Shown: piece by piece, positions 19,880-29,454 of the stretch
Layout: each line of letters starts with the position of its first letter
Numbering within the stretch: the stretch's first letter is position 1
Notes under the pieces: generated by a model
Told to the model about the DNA's origin: nothing
The model's database searches: none
What the model saw: the letters and a program-made list of their open reading frames with translations, nothing else
Position numbers and translations under genes: made by a program
Source: an uncultured Rhodopseudomonas sp.
GTDB taxonomy: Bacteria > Pseudomonadota > Alphaproteobacteria > Rhizobiales > Xanthobacteraceae
Direction: 5' to 3'
NCBI GenBank assembly: GCA_964249215.1
Contig: CAXUBE010000001.1
Location: 5,292-69,291 of the forward strand
Length of the DNA stretch: 64,000 bases

Positions 19880-19979
19880 GGCATGATCAGGAACGTGGGT
19901 ATCTTGTTTTCGGAAAAGATCATGCCCGAACGGATCATTAAGCGACGAGTCCGATTCAGCGAAGCTGGATCGGACTCGT
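19879..19979. repeat. Two consecutive inverted repeats between the convergent amiE and cbbO-like genes
   Basis: GGGCATGATC (19879-19888) pairs with GATCATGCCC (19918-19927). ACGAGTCCGAT (19945-19955) pairs with ATCGGACTCGT (19969-19979). Neither is followed by a T-run, so they are at best non-canonical bidirectional terminators. Confidence 0.35.
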
Positions 19980-20134
19980 GCCCGAGACGTCGAGCGCCGC
20001 GCTCTTGCCTGCGCTTCCTTGGCCTAACAAGCCTGTGATGCGGATGGAAAGGTTCGGCAAGCCGGGCGGCCGGGCGGCGATCGTTTTGTCGCGACGCGTC
20101 GGAACGAGCATTCTCGACGAAGTCGGTAACGGCG

Positions 20135-22456
20135 CTAACGCCGCGCCAGCCTGAAGTAGAGTTCGGACAGGCGGTCCGGCAGATCTTCGATGCGGTGAAC
20201 CATCATGGTGTTGCCGCGTCCGAAGATTCGGGAGGCCGCCTGAATACCCGGCCTGCCGAGGACGACGCCGTAGGCGTCGATGCCGGCGCCGTGCAGTCCG
20301 ATCGCCGCGCGGCGCGCGTCTTCGACGAGGTCCAGCGGATCCGAGACGTCGATATCGGACGGCTCTCCATCGGTCAGCACGATGACGAGCTTGCGGCCGG
20401 ATTTCGCCTGACCGATCGCGTGGCCGGCGTGACGAAGCGCGGCGCCGAGCCGCGTCGAAAGGCCCGATCTCAGGCCGGCGAGACGCGCCATGCATGCGGA
20501 ATCATAAAGCTCGTCGAAGGATTTGACGGTCGTCATCCTGATGTCTTCGCGTCCGTCCGATGCAAATGCCAGCAGGCTGAAGGGATCGCCGAGCCGGTCC
20601 ATGGCCTCCGCCAGCACTGCGACCGCCAACCGCTCGACGTCGAGAATGCTGAGACCCGACTTCAACTGATCCCGCGTCGATTCCGATATGTCGATCAGCA
20701 GCAATGCCGCGAGGTCACGATGGACCGACGTCGACGAGCGGAACACGCGGGGATCGGGCTCGCGGCCGGTCCGCAGTGCAATTTCGGCGTCAAGGATGGC
20801 GTCGATATCGAGATCGTGCCCTTCGTGCTGGCGGTTGAGGCGGATGGTCCGGCCGATTCGCACGCCTCGCACCAGCCTTCCGATTCGGCTGCGCAGGACG
20901 TCCGCCTGGTCGAGCGCTTGCCCGATCGAGCGCGGGTCGCCGGCACGCGCGGGAATTTCGCGGACCACGGTCCACTCCGCACGCTCAATGCCCTGTCCAC
21001 GGTCCCATTCCGGATATTTTGCGACCACCACACCGCGATCGTCCGGCGCGACCGGACGCCCGTGTCCGGTCGAGCCATCCGGTTCGTCCGGCTCGCCACT
21101 GGCGGCATCGGGCTGCTCCTTCCGCTCCATCCGGACTGCGTCGATCGGAAGCTCCATGATGTCTTCCGATTGCGGTGCATCGTCTGCGAAATCCCACAGG
21201 CCCATCCCGTCGTCGCGATAGACCGGCTCGACGACATAGGTCTTGGCGTTGAATTGCACGCGCATCTGGCCGAGATCGTTGCCGAGCAGCATTCCGATCT
21301 CGCGGCTGATCCGGGGGTCGTCGATGCGCGACGCGCTCGCTGCGAACATCGCGCGCCCCTTGGCAACAAAACTGTCCTCATCGACGTAACACGGATCGAA
21401 CAAGGCGCGCGCCAGCCGCGCCAGAAGCACGGGGGCGGTGACAACGCCGGTCGGGCCGGCAATATGAAAGCTCGCCCAAAGCCGTCGCAGGCCCGGCAAT
21501 CGGCGCATGGCCAGTGTCTCGATGCGCGCATCCTCGATCAGGCTTACGAGCGCGATCTGAAGGGGCTTTAATGTCCCGACTGGAAACAGCCCCCGACCCA
21601 GCATCAGGTGCGCCTGCGCATGCGCGGCGGCTGCGCGAAACAACACGCCTGCGGCTTCGCCCCGGACGCCGCGGTAAAACTCCGGCAGCCGGATCAAGGG
21701 ACCCGCGATCGACGCCCGCCGCTGCGGTGCCTGACTGTTGTCGGTCGGAAAGGAGCGCAGCAGCGGTGGATGGCCCCACAGCGCGGTGACAAAGGCCTTC
21801 AGCCCGGTCTCTGCCTCCTGAAACGTCAAGCCGCCGGGATCGCGGGCGATCATGCGGCGCGCGAACTCGTGCCGGAGAGAAAAAAACGCGAGCCGTTGCG
21901 TCTTGTTGCCGGAAGCGAGCTTCATTCCCGCCGCCACGAAGCCTTCAAAGGCGTCGATGGTGCCGGGTGTGAGAATCTCGCCGATGTTGCGCGCAACGGC
22001 GCCGACCGACTCCGGTGCGTGGCGGGCGAGACCGTCCATGGTCTGCCGCCACCTTGCCAAGGCAGGACCCCGGCCAAGGACCCGCGTTGCAACCGCCAGC
22101 GCCTGCAATGCGGCGGTCGCCGCCTGCGCGCCGGCATGGCGGCAGATATCGGCGGCCATCTGGCCGGCCGCAAGCAGCGGGGCGATCTCCTGCCTGACGA
22201 CGTCGTCCTTGCTGGCATTCCAATAGGCCATCAGGCAGCTACGCCCGGCATTGACATGCGCGAGTTCGAGCACGACGCCGGCCCAGGCTTCGAGCTCGGC
22301 GGCATCGAAACGATGCGAGAGGTGATCCCATGTGGCACGAAAGACCGGCCGCAACGTATCGCGATGGCTCATCAACTGATGAAGCCGGCGCGTCGCACTG
22401 TCTTCCTCGTCGGGAGGTATCAGATGCAAGGTCGCCGGCTGCTTGGCTGAGTTCAC
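20135..22456 (-). CDS. CbbO/NorD-like protein with C-terminal von Willebrand factor A domain
   Basis: 773 aa. The C-terminal VWA domain has a DxSxS MIDAS motif (LLLIDISESTRD) and VLTDGEPSDID. The long helical N-terminal region is of CbbO length. The GTG start overlaps the stop of the upstream AAA+ gene (GTGA). Confidence 0.8.
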   Translation of the reverse strand: MNSAKQPATLHLIPPDEEDSATRRLHQLMSHRDTLRPVFRATWDHLSHRFDAAELEAWAGVVLELAHVNAGRSCLMAYWNASKDDVVRQEIAPLLAAGQMAADICRHAGAQAATAALQALAVATRVLGRGPALARWRQTMDGLARHAPESVGAVARNIGEILTPGTIDAFEGFVAAGMKLASGNKTQRLAFFSLRHEFARRMIARDPGGLTFQEAETGLKAFVTALWGHPPLLRSFPTDNSQAPQRRASIAGPLIRLPEFYRGVRGEAAGVLFRAAAAHAQAHLMLGRGLFPVGTLKPLQIALVSLIEDARIETLAMRRLPGLRRLWASFHIAGPTGVVTAPVLLARLARALFDPCYVDEDSFVAKGRAMFAASASRIDDPRISREIGMLLGNDLGQMRVQFNAKTYVVEPVYRDDGMGLWDFADDAPQSEDIMELPIDAVRMERKEQPDAASGEPDEPDGSTGHGRPVAPDDRGVVVAKYPEWDRGQGIERAEWTVVREIPARAGDPRSIGQALDQADVLRSRIGRLVRGVRIGRTIRLNRQHEGHDLDIDAILDAEIALRTGREPDPRVFRSSTSVHRDLAALLLIDISESTRDQLKSGLSILDVERLAVAVLAEAMDRLGDPFSLLAFASDGREDIRMTTVKSFDELYDSACMARLAGLRSGLSTRLGAALRHAGHAIGQAKSGRKLVIVLTDGEPSDIDVSDPLDLVEDARRAAIGLHGAGIDAYGVVLGRPGIQAASRIFGRGNTMMVHRIEDLPDRLSELYFRLARR

Positions 22457-23253
22457 GGCAGACAGGCCTGAACGGCGTCGCTGAGGGCTTTGCGAATATC
22501 CGGATCGTCGGTGATCGGCAGAATGATGCTGGACCGAACGGCCGCTTCGAGTGACAGCCCGGCGCGCATCATACGACCGGCGTGGATCAGCATGCGCGTG
22601 GAGGCGCCTTCGTCGAGACCGTTTCCTTGCAGGTTGCGCGAACGCTGTGCGATTGCGACCAGGATTTCCGCAAGCGCGTCGTCGGTGCCGCCCTCGCGTA
22701 TGATGATCGCGGCCTCGGCGGACGGCGGCGGATAGCTGAAGTCGATGGCGACAAACCGTTGCTTGGTGGACTCCTTGAGGTCCTTGACCGCGCTTTGATA
22801 GCCAGGGTTGTACGAAATCGTGAGTTGGAAGTCCGAATGCGCCGCGATGATTTCGTTGTGCTTCTCCAGCGGCAGGATGCGCCGCGCGTCGGTGAGCGGA
22901 TGGATGACGACCGTCGTATCCTGCCGCGCTTCGACGACCTCATCGAGATAGCAGATCGCGCCGAGACGCACCGCCAGCGTCAGCGGACCGTCGTGCCACA
23001 CGGTGCCGGCGGGCTCGAGCAGGTACCGCCCGGCAAGATCGGCGGCGGTCATATCCTCATGAGCGGCAACGGTGATCAGCGGCTTGCCGAGCCGCCATGC
23101 CATGTGTTCGATGAAGCGTGTCTTGCCGCAGCCGGTCGGTCCCTTCAGCATGACCGGGAGGCGCTCGGCATAAGCCGCCTGAAAGGTCGCAATCTCGTCG
23201 GCGAGCGGCTGATAATAAGGCTCGGCAGCGATCCGGTAGGAATCGAGATCCAT
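22453..23253 (-). CDS. CbbQ/NirQ/NorQ-type MoxR-family AAA+ ATPase
   Basis: 266 aa from ATG 23251-23253 (MDLDSYRIAAEPYY). Walker A LKGPTGCGKTRF, Walker B ICYLDEVVEA, and the typical CbbQ C-terminus. The track ORF extends upstream into a non-coding Arg-rich stretch. Confidence 0.88.
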   Translation of the reverse strand: MDLDSYRIAAEPYYQPLADEIATFQAAYAERLPVMLKGPTGCGKTRFIEHMAWRLGKPLITVAAHEDMTAADLAGRYLLEPAGTVWHDGPLTLAVRLGAICYLDEVVEARQDTTVVIHPLTDARRILPLEKHNEIIAAHSDFQLTISYNPGYQSAVKDLKESTKQRFVAIDFSYPPPSAEAAIIIREGGTDDALAEILVAIAQRSRNLQGNGLDEGASTRMLIHAGRMMRAGLSLEAAVRSSIILPITDDPDIRKALSDAVQACLP

Positions 23254-23572
23254 CAAAAATCCTCCGCGCAGACGAAGGACCAATGATCTCGAAGCCGAGC
23301 GCCATTGTCCCTTCGCGAATGGGAATGGCAGCCTTTGCCGGGGACACGCTGCGGCATCGAAGCGTGTGACTAAGGCGATCCGAAACGCCTCGGAACGGAT
23401 TAGAACGCGAAAACGCCGGCCATACAAGGTACCTCGAGCGCGCACAGACCTCGGCGGCGCGGCCCGCTCAAGACCGCCTCGCGCAAGACCGCAGGCAACT
23501 GTAGGGCGGGATGGCCGTTCGATATCGTCGCCCGCGGGCCCGCCTTCGTCGTCAAGGCCGCCGCGTTGAGTG

Positions 23573-24568
23573 TCATTTCCCCCCAGGCCTATGACCAATC
23601 GGGAGCAGACTGTCGGCGAACTTCGCGCGCCAGAGACCCCACAGGCCCTGCGGCATGATAAGAACAATGGCGATAGATAGCGTGCCCAGCAGAATCAAAT
23701 ACCATGTGCCGAAATTCGCGAGATATTCCCTCAACAAGAAGAACACGATGGTCCCCACGATCGGCCCTTCGAGAGTGCCGACGCCGCCGATCACGGCGGC
23801 AAAAATAATGTAGATGGTCCAGTCGGTGATGCTGAACGACGCGGTCGGCGCAATGCGCAGTTTTTGCAACGTTACCAGAACGCCGACGAAACCCAGGATG
23901 GGCGCCGTCCAGAGAAAACAGGCGGCGCGCGAAAAGGTGAGGTCGACGCCGGCCGAACCGGCGGCCTCCTCATTGTCGCGCATCGCGGTGAGGCCGAGTC
24001 CGAAGCGGGAACGCAGCAACAGCCAGGTTGCGCCGAAACTTGTCAAAGCAAGCAAAAACGCCATGATATAGAAATGGGTCATTCGCGCGCCGGCGTTGGC
24101 GCCGAATTCCTTGACGACGGGAATGGGAAGGCTGGTCCCGGAACCAAAGCCGAACCCCGGCAATTTGCCTGCCGCCAACATCAGCACTTCGGCGACGACC
24201 CAGGTGCCGACAGCCAGATAGGCCGCACGCAATCGAAACACGATCGCGACGCACGGGATCGCGAGCAGGAGCGTGATCAGCATGGCTAGCGCAATCGCGG
24301 CGAAGGCGTTGATCCCGGCGAGCACCGTCAGCCCGTAGAACGCATAGGCGCCGACGCCGACAAACGCATGCTGGCCGACCGATACGATATCCGCGAACCC
24401 CGCCAACAAGTTCCAAACCAGGACCAGCACGAGCACGGTGAAGAATTCCGTCAACAAGGTCATCTGACTGGAATTGAAAATCCACGGTCCCGCGGCGCAA
24501 AGCATGATCGCCCACGCCAGCGAGACCCGTGCAGCCAGCACGACGGCTTTCGAGGCGGACACGGTCAT
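23573..24568 (-). CDS. Branched-chain-amino-acid-type (HAAT) ABC permease, LivM-like
   Basis: Polytopic membrane protein (GFADIVSVGQHAFVGVGAYAFYG). Start set at ATG 24566-24568 (MTVSASK), just after the stop of the upstream LivH-like gene. Confidence 0.85.
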   Translation of the reverse strand: MTVSASKAVVLAARVSLAWAIMLCAAGPWIFNSSQMTLLTEFFTVLVLVLVWNLLAGFADIVSVGQHAFVGVGAYAFYGLTVLAGINAFAAIALAMLITLLLAIPCVAIVFRLRAAYLAVGTWVVAEVLMLAAGKLPGFGFGSGTSLPIPVVKEFGANAGARMTHFYIMAFLLALTSFGATWLLLRSRFGLGLTAMRDNEEAAGSAGVDLTFSRAACFLWTAPILGFVGVLVTLQKLRIAPTASFSITDWTIYIIFAAVIGGVGTLEGPIVGTIVFFLLREYLANFGTWYLILLGTLSIAIVLIMPQGLWGLWRAKFADSLLPIGHRPGGK

Positions 24569-24572
24569 CGAC

Positions 24573-25439
24573 TCAACCTTTTGCGAAAAGTCCCTGCGGA
24601 CGCAGGACGAGCAGGACAAGGAACACGAGGTGCTGTGCCAGGGTTTGCCATGCAGCATCGAAGTGCGAACCGATCGTCTGGGCGACCCCCAGGATCATGC
24701 CGCCGACCAGCGTGCCCCAAAGGCTGCCCAATCCCCCGAGCACGACCGCCTCGAACGCGGTGAGCAGGCGGCTCGGTCCGATCGAAGGATCGAAGTTGCT
24801 GGAGATCGACATCGCGCACGCCGCGACCGTGACCGTCAGCCCGACGATGCCCATCGCGATGGCATATACCGGGGCGGTTGGGAGGCCGATCAATTCGGCG
24901 GCGTCGGGATCGTCGGCGACCGCGCGAATACGCGCACCGATCGACGACCGGTACAGAAAGGCATCGAGAAAGGCGATGACCAATACGGCGGTGAGGCACA
25001 CGGCCAATGGAAACACCCCGATATTGATCCGGTCGCCGATGCTGAACGCGGCGACTTCCAGCGCGCCGCCGAACAGTTTGCGGGTGTCAGGGCCGTAGAC
25101 TTCCAGCAGACCGTTTTGAATGATGATGGCGAGACCGAAAGTGACGAGGATGACCGGCAGGATGCCTTTGCCGACGATCCGCTGCAGGAGGAAGCGCTGC
25201 AGCGCATAGCCGCCACCGAAAGCAAGCGGCAAAACCAGAAGTGCTGCGACAAACGGCGATATGCCCAGCCATTGCGACATCGACATCAGCAGAAAGGATG
25301 CGAGCACGATCAGGTCGCCATGCGCGATATTGATGAAGCGCATGACCCCGACCGCGAGCGATAAGCCGACCGCGAAGAGCGCGTAGAGCCCGCCCACCAA
25401 CACGCCTTGCAGAACGAGGTTGCCAAGGTCGAGGACCAT
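24573..25439 (-). CDS. HAAT ABC permease, LivH-like
   Basis: 288 aa: MVLDLGNLVLQGVLVGGLYALFAVGLSLAVGVMRFINIAHGDLIVL is a canonical LivH N-terminus. Confidence 0.88.
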   Translation of the reverse strand: MVLDLGNLVLQGVLVGGLYALFAVGLSLAVGVMRFINIAHGDLIVLASFLLMSMSQWLGISPFVAALLVLPLAFGGGYALQRFLLQRIVGKGILPVILVTFGLAIIIQNGLLEVYGPDTRKLFGGALEVAAFSIGDRINIGVFPLAVCLTAVLVIAFLDAFLYRSSIGARIRAVADDPDAAELIGLPTAPVYAIAMGIVGLTVTVAACAMSISSNFDPSIGPSRLLTAFEAVVLGGLGSLWGTLVGGMILGVAQTIGSHFDAAWQTLAQHLVFLVLLVLRPQGLFAKG

Positions 25440-25445
25440 CGCGGC

Positions 25446-26153
25446 TCACACCCCAAAATAATGTTGCATGACGGTCTCCCGATTGGTGTCGGCAGGACGG
25501 CCCGTGAGCGAAACAGCGCCTTCGAGAAAACAATAGAAGCGGTCGGCGACCGCGAGCGATCTGCTAACGTCCTGTTCGACGATTACGATTCCGATCCCCC
25601 GCTGTCTGATAGCCAGCAGCGTCTCGTAGAGCTGGCTGATGATAACGGGAGCCAATCCGAGGCTGATTTCGTCGCATAGCAATAATGACGGATTTGTCAG
25701 CAGCGCGCGCCCGAGCGCCACGATCTGCTGTTGCCCGCCCGACAACGCGCGTGCCTTGCGGTCCTTCAGTTCCGCCAGCGATGGAAACCATTTGAGAATC
25801 TGCGCCATGTCGATGGCTCCCTTGCGGCCCAACTCCCAACCGATATTGAGATTTTCCAGTACGCTGAGCGACGGGAACAGGCGGCGACCCTCCGGCACCA
25901 GCGCGACGCCCTGCCGGACGATGTTCGACGTGGGCAGTTCGCGTAAATCCATTCCGCGCAAACGAATGGCGCCGGACCTGATATGCGCCTGCCCCACGAT
26001 GGCCTTCATCAGCGACGATTTACCGGCGCCATTGGCGCCGATGATCGATACGACCTCGCCTTCGTCGACACGCAGGTCTACTTCCCGCACCGCGCGAAGC
26101 TGGTCATAGAAGACGCTGAGCTTTTCGGTCTCCAGCAGCGGGACGTCGGTCAT
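25446..26153 (-). CDS. HAAT ABC ATP-binding protein, LivF-like
   Basis: Walker A GANGAGKSSLMK, signature LSGGQQQIVALGRAL, Walker B LLCDEISLGLAP. Confidence 0.9.
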   Translation of the reverse strand: MTDVPLLETEKLSVFYDQLRAVREVDLRVDEGEVVSIIGANGAGKSSLMKAIVGQAHIRSGAIRLRGMDLRELPTSNIVRQGVALVPEGRRLFPSLSVLENLNIGWELGRKGAIDMAQILKWFPSLAELKDRKARALSGGQQQIVALGRALLTNPSLLLCDEISLGLAPVIISQLYETLLAIRQRGIGIVIVEQDVSRSLAVADRFYCFLEGAVSLTGRPADTNRETVMQHYFGV

Positions 26154-26162
26154 GGGCCGTCC

Positions 26163-26906
26163 TCAGGCACCGAGATAAATTTCTTTGACGCGCGGATCGC
26201 TCAAGATCGCCTCTGGCGTGCCCTGCGCGATGATCCGTCCGCCGTAGAGCACCGCTAGACGCGTCGCCAGACGCTTCAGCGCGTGCAGAACGTGCTCTAC
26301 CCAGACGATGGTGACGCCGCGCGCGTGGACTTGCGCCAGAATGGAGAGGAGCGCGTCGCACTCGCCTTCGGTCAGACCTCCGGCGATTTCGTCCAACAGC
26401 AGGAGAGCCGGGCGGCTCGCGATTGCCCGCGCCAGTTCGAGTCGCTTGAGATCGAGCAGCGACAGCGAGCCGGCCGGCGACGCGATTGAACCGGCGAGCC
26501 CGGTCAGCTCCAGTGTATCGAGGGTTGCTTCTCGCGCCGATCGTATCGACAGTCCGGCCCCGTGTACCGCGCCCACTAGCACGTTCTCGTAGACGCTCAT
26601 ATGGGCGAACGGCTTCGGAATCTGATAGGTCCGACCGACGCCGAGGCGGCGACGCTTCCAGACCTTCATGCGACTGATGTCGCGGGCCTGATACGTGATG
26701 GAGCCGGCATCCGGCGAAAGGACCCCGGCAACGAGATTGAACAGCGTGCTCTTGCCGGCGCCGTTCGGGCCCAGCAGCCCGACGATCTCGCCGCCGGCGA
26801 CGGCGAGATCGAGTTTCTCTATCACCCTGACGCCGCCGAAACTTCGCGACAGGCCGTGAACTTCGAGTATCGGCGACGTCGCCGATGGGGCTGTCGCTTG
26901 TGTCAT
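26163..26906 (-). CDS. HAAT ABC ATP-binding protein, LivG-like
   Basis: Start at ATG 26904-26906 (MTQATAPS), which overlaps the stop of the SBP gene by 4 nt. Walker A GPNGAGKSTLFN, Walker B LLLDEIAGGL. The track ORF has a non-coding upstream extension. Confidence 0.88.
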   Translation of the reverse strand: MTQATAPSATSPILEVHGLSRSFGGVRVIEKLDLAVAGGEIVGLLGPNGAGKSTLFNLVAGVLSPDAGSITYQARDISRMKVWKRRRLGVGRTYQIPKPFAHMSVYENVLVGAVHGAGLSIRSAREATLDTLELTGLAGSIASPAGSLSLLDLKRLELARAIASRPALLLLDEIAGGLTEGECDALLSILAQVHARGVTIVWVEHVLHALKRLATRLAVLYGGRIIAQGTPEAILSDPRVKEIYLGA

Positions 26907-28183
26907 CCGACCGGCGACACTTTGCCCGCCGTCGGAATATCCTTCGCCGTCGCGTTGTCGACGTTGACGAGGTCCAGGGGAAACTTCTTGCCCTTTTGCC
27001 ATTGCCCGATCACCAGCGGCGTGCGGCAGACGTTCGGGAACGGCCCTTTCTTGAAGCTGATGGGGCCGACGATCGAGGCGTAGTCGGTCGCCGCGATGGC
27101 GTCCCGAATCGATGCCGCGTCGTCGATGCTCTTGGCGCGCTTCAGCGCGTCGATGGCGACTTCGAACAGCGAATGTCGGAAACCCAGCGTCATCGACCAC
27201 TGACGGCCGCTTGCCGCTTCATAGGCATCGGCGAGTTCCTGCGAGGACTGACCGGTCAGGCCCGATTTGTAGGGATGGGTGGGTGACCACCAGACTTCCA
27301 CCGAGAGCCCGAGCGCGCGGTCGCCGAGCGGCGCGACGGCGGCCGGGAATTCGTTGGCCTTGGACACCGAAATCACCTTGGGCCGGAAATTCTGCTGCGC
27401 CGCTGCGCTCGCGAAAGCGGTATATTCGGGCGGAGGTATCACGCCGGAAACGATCTCGACATTCGCCGCCTTCAATGCGGCGACCTGCGCGGCGTAGTTG
27501 CCTGCCGGCAAGTCGAAACGACCGGGATCGACGACGGTGTAGCCTTTTTCCTTGGCGACGCCAGAGAAAATCTTGGAGAAAGCCTGCCCGTCATTGTCGT
27601 TGGGCCATAGCCCGCCGACGACCTTGTTGGTCGCGACCTGATCCCAGGCGGCGAAATATGATGCAGCGAGGTTGGTTGCACTGAAGAAGAAATGATAGGT
27701 CCAGTCGAAGCCTTTTTTGGGATCGCCGCTGCGGCCGAAGAAATACGGCTCCAGCGGCGCATCGTTGGACAGGCAGGGCACCCCGGCGAGTTCGCATTGG
27801 TCCGCGACCGGGTTGACGGTTTCCGGCGTGGCGCAGGCGGTGACGATATCGACCTTTTCCTGCAGGATCAGATTTTTGGCCACCTCGGCGGCCCGATTGG
27901 GATTGGATTGGCTGTCGCGCAGGACGATCTCCAATGGATGCCTGGTCCCATTCAGATCGATCTGCCCGCCGTTGATCTTTTTGATCTGCTCGACAATCCA
28001 GGGCACCTGCTCCGAGAAGATCGCCAGCGGCCCGGTTTGCGGCACCACCAGGCCGATCTTCACCGTTTTGGGAACGGCAAAGGCAGGCTTGCCGAATGCG
28101 GCGGCGACAGCAGCGCCGCCGATCCCCTTGATCGCGCCGCGGCGCGTGACGTCTGACATCATCTTGGTCATCGTTTCCTCCAT
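26903..28183 (-). CDS. HAAT-family ABC substrate-binding protein (LivJ-like; probable aromatic/organic-acid ligand given the cat context)
   Basis: 426 aa with an N-terminal export signal that has a Tat-like RRGAIKG motif (MTKMMSDVTRRGAIKGIGGAAVAAAFGKPAFA), then a type-I periplasmic binding fold (KIGLVVPQTGPLAIF). Confidence 0.85.
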   Translation of the reverse strand: MEETMTKMMSDVTRRGAIKGIGGAAVAAAFGKPAFAVPKTVKIGLVVPQTGPLAIFSEQVPWIVEQIKKINGGQIDLNGTRHPLEIVLRDSQSNPNRAAEVAKNLILQEKVDIVTACATPETVNPVADQCELAGVPCLSNDAPLEPYFFGRSGDPKKGFDWTYHFFFSATNLAASYFAAWDQVATNKVVGGLWPNDNDGQAFSKIFSGVAKEKGYTVVDPGRFDLPAGNYAAQVAALKAANVEIVSGVIPPPEYTAFASAAAQQNFRPKVISVSKANEFPAAVAPLGDRALGLSVEVWWSPTHPYKSGLTGQSSQELADAYEAASGRQWSMTLGFRHSLFEVAIDALKRAKSIDDAASIRDAIAATDYASIVGPISFKKGPFPNVCRTPLVIGQWQKGKKFPLDLVNVDNATAKDIPTAGKVSPVG

Positions 28184-28209
28184 TGGGTCTTGTTGCTTTT
28201 GGCTATGCC

Positions 28210-29133
28210 TCAGGCGGCGGGCGCGTGTTCGCGATGGACGACTGTGGTCGGGACGCCCGAAACCTCCTTGATGAGGTTGAAATTGAATTTGATCCGCGCG
28301 AACGGCGCGTTGAGTCCGGCCTTGTGAATTTCGCCGGCTTCGCTGATCCGCTCCACCGGCGGAATCAAGTCGTCGCGCGTGCCGAACGCGAAATCATCGT
28401 GCAGGTACTCGTCACCGTCGATGTTGATTTGCGTAGTGAGCTTCCGATAGCCGGGCGCTTCGACGAAGAAGTGGACGTGCGCCGGACGCATGCCGTGGCG
28501 ACCCATGCTGTGCATCAGTTCTTCCGAACTGCTGCCTGGAGGGCAGCCGTACCCGCTGGGCATGATGGTACGGAACCGGTAGCGACCCTGGGCGTCCGTC
28601 TCGATCTTGCGGCGCAAATTAAACGGCGATTGCGGTGGCCCGAAAAACGAATAGTGGCCCATGGTGTTAGCGTGCCAGACTTCGATCGTGGCATGCGGCA
28701 CGGCAGCGCCGTCGAGATCGCAGACCCGGCCCTCCATGAACAACACCTCGCCATCATCGGTGCCGTCGTCGAGCCGAGCTTCGGATTTGCTGACCGGCGC
28801 GCCGGCCACGTAAAGCGGGCCTTCGATGGCGCGGGGCGTGCCGCCGCTGAGGCCGGCGAGGCGCTCGGCTTCGTCGAGGCGCATATCCAGAAAGCGCTCC
28901 AGGCCGATGCCGGGTACGACCAGCCCGTATTCCGGCGCGGCCTTGGTGAGGTAGGCGACGGCCGCCCAGACTTCATCCATCGAAATGTCGAGTTCGTCGA
29001 TCGCGACGAACAGATCGTTGAGCAATCGGGCCATGACGGTCTTCAGGCGCGGATTGCCGCCGGGCATTTGCAGCCCCGCTGCCTTGTCGGCGAGTTGGCG
29101 AATCTTATCCTTGGAAATAAGGTTGGTCGGCAT
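28210..29133 (-). CDS. catA: Catechol 1,2-dioxygenase (intradiol)
   Basis: Colinear with remembered Acinetobacter CatA: GGNPRLKTVMARLLNDLFVAIDELDIS, TPRAIEGPLYVAGAP, IEVWHANTMGHYSFF, GYGCPPGSSSEELMHSMGRHGMRPAHVHFFV, KLTTQINIDGDEYLHDDFAF. Confidence 0.9.
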   Translation of the reverse strand: MPTNLISKDKIRQLADKAAGLQMPGGNPRLKTVMARLLNDLFVAIDELDISMDEVWAAVAYLTKAAPEYGLVVPGIGLERFLDMRLDEAERLAGLSGGTPRAIEGPLYVAGAPVSKSEARLDDGTDDGEVLFMEGRVCDLDGAAVPHATIEVWHANTMGHYSFFGPPQSPFNLRRKIETDAQGRYRFRTIMPSGYGCPPGSSSEELMHSMGRHGMRPAHVHFFVEAPGYRKLTTQINIDGDEYLHDDFAFGTRDDLIPPVERISEAGEIHKAGLNAPFARIKFNFNLIKEVSGVPTTVVHREHAPAA

Positions 29134-29163
29134 TGGCGTTTTCCTCCGGTTTGATTTTTTAGT

Positions 29164-29454
29164 CTAGCTATCGTCGTCGCGAATCGATGAGGGATGTCGG
29201 CACAGCGCGCTCACCGTTATTTCCATGAAAGGAAACAGCGGCAGGGTAGACAGGATGTCGTGGAGTTCTTCAGCGCCGCTGACGTCGAAAATGCTGACGT
29301 TCGAATAGCGCCCGGCGATTCGCCAGAGGTGACGCCACTTGCCCTGCCGCTGCAGGTCCTGCGCGCGTTCACGTTCGACTTTCTTGAGCGCATCGGCCCG
29401 GTCCGGCGGCAAATCGTAGGGCAGGCGCACGTCCATCCGAACATGGAACAGCAT
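29164..29454 (-). CDS. catC: Muconolactone delta-isomerase
   Basis: 96 aa from ATG 29452-29454: MLFHVRMDVRLP..QRQGKWRHLWRIAGRYSNVSIFDV..LPLFPFMEITVSALCRHPSSI. This closely matches remembered P. putida CatC. The track ORF is extended upstream. Confidence 0.88.
   Translation of the reverse strand: MLFHVRMDVRLPYDLPPDRADALKKVERERAQDLQRQGKWRHLWRIAGRYSNVSIFDVSGAEELHDILSTLPLFPFMEITVSALCRHPSSIRDDDS

Noticed and set aside
20195-21571. 458-aa plus-strand ORF and other ORFs overlapping the cbbO-like gene
   Set aside because: They are antisense to a gene with a clear VWA/MIDAS domain and have Arg/Asp/His-rich translations.
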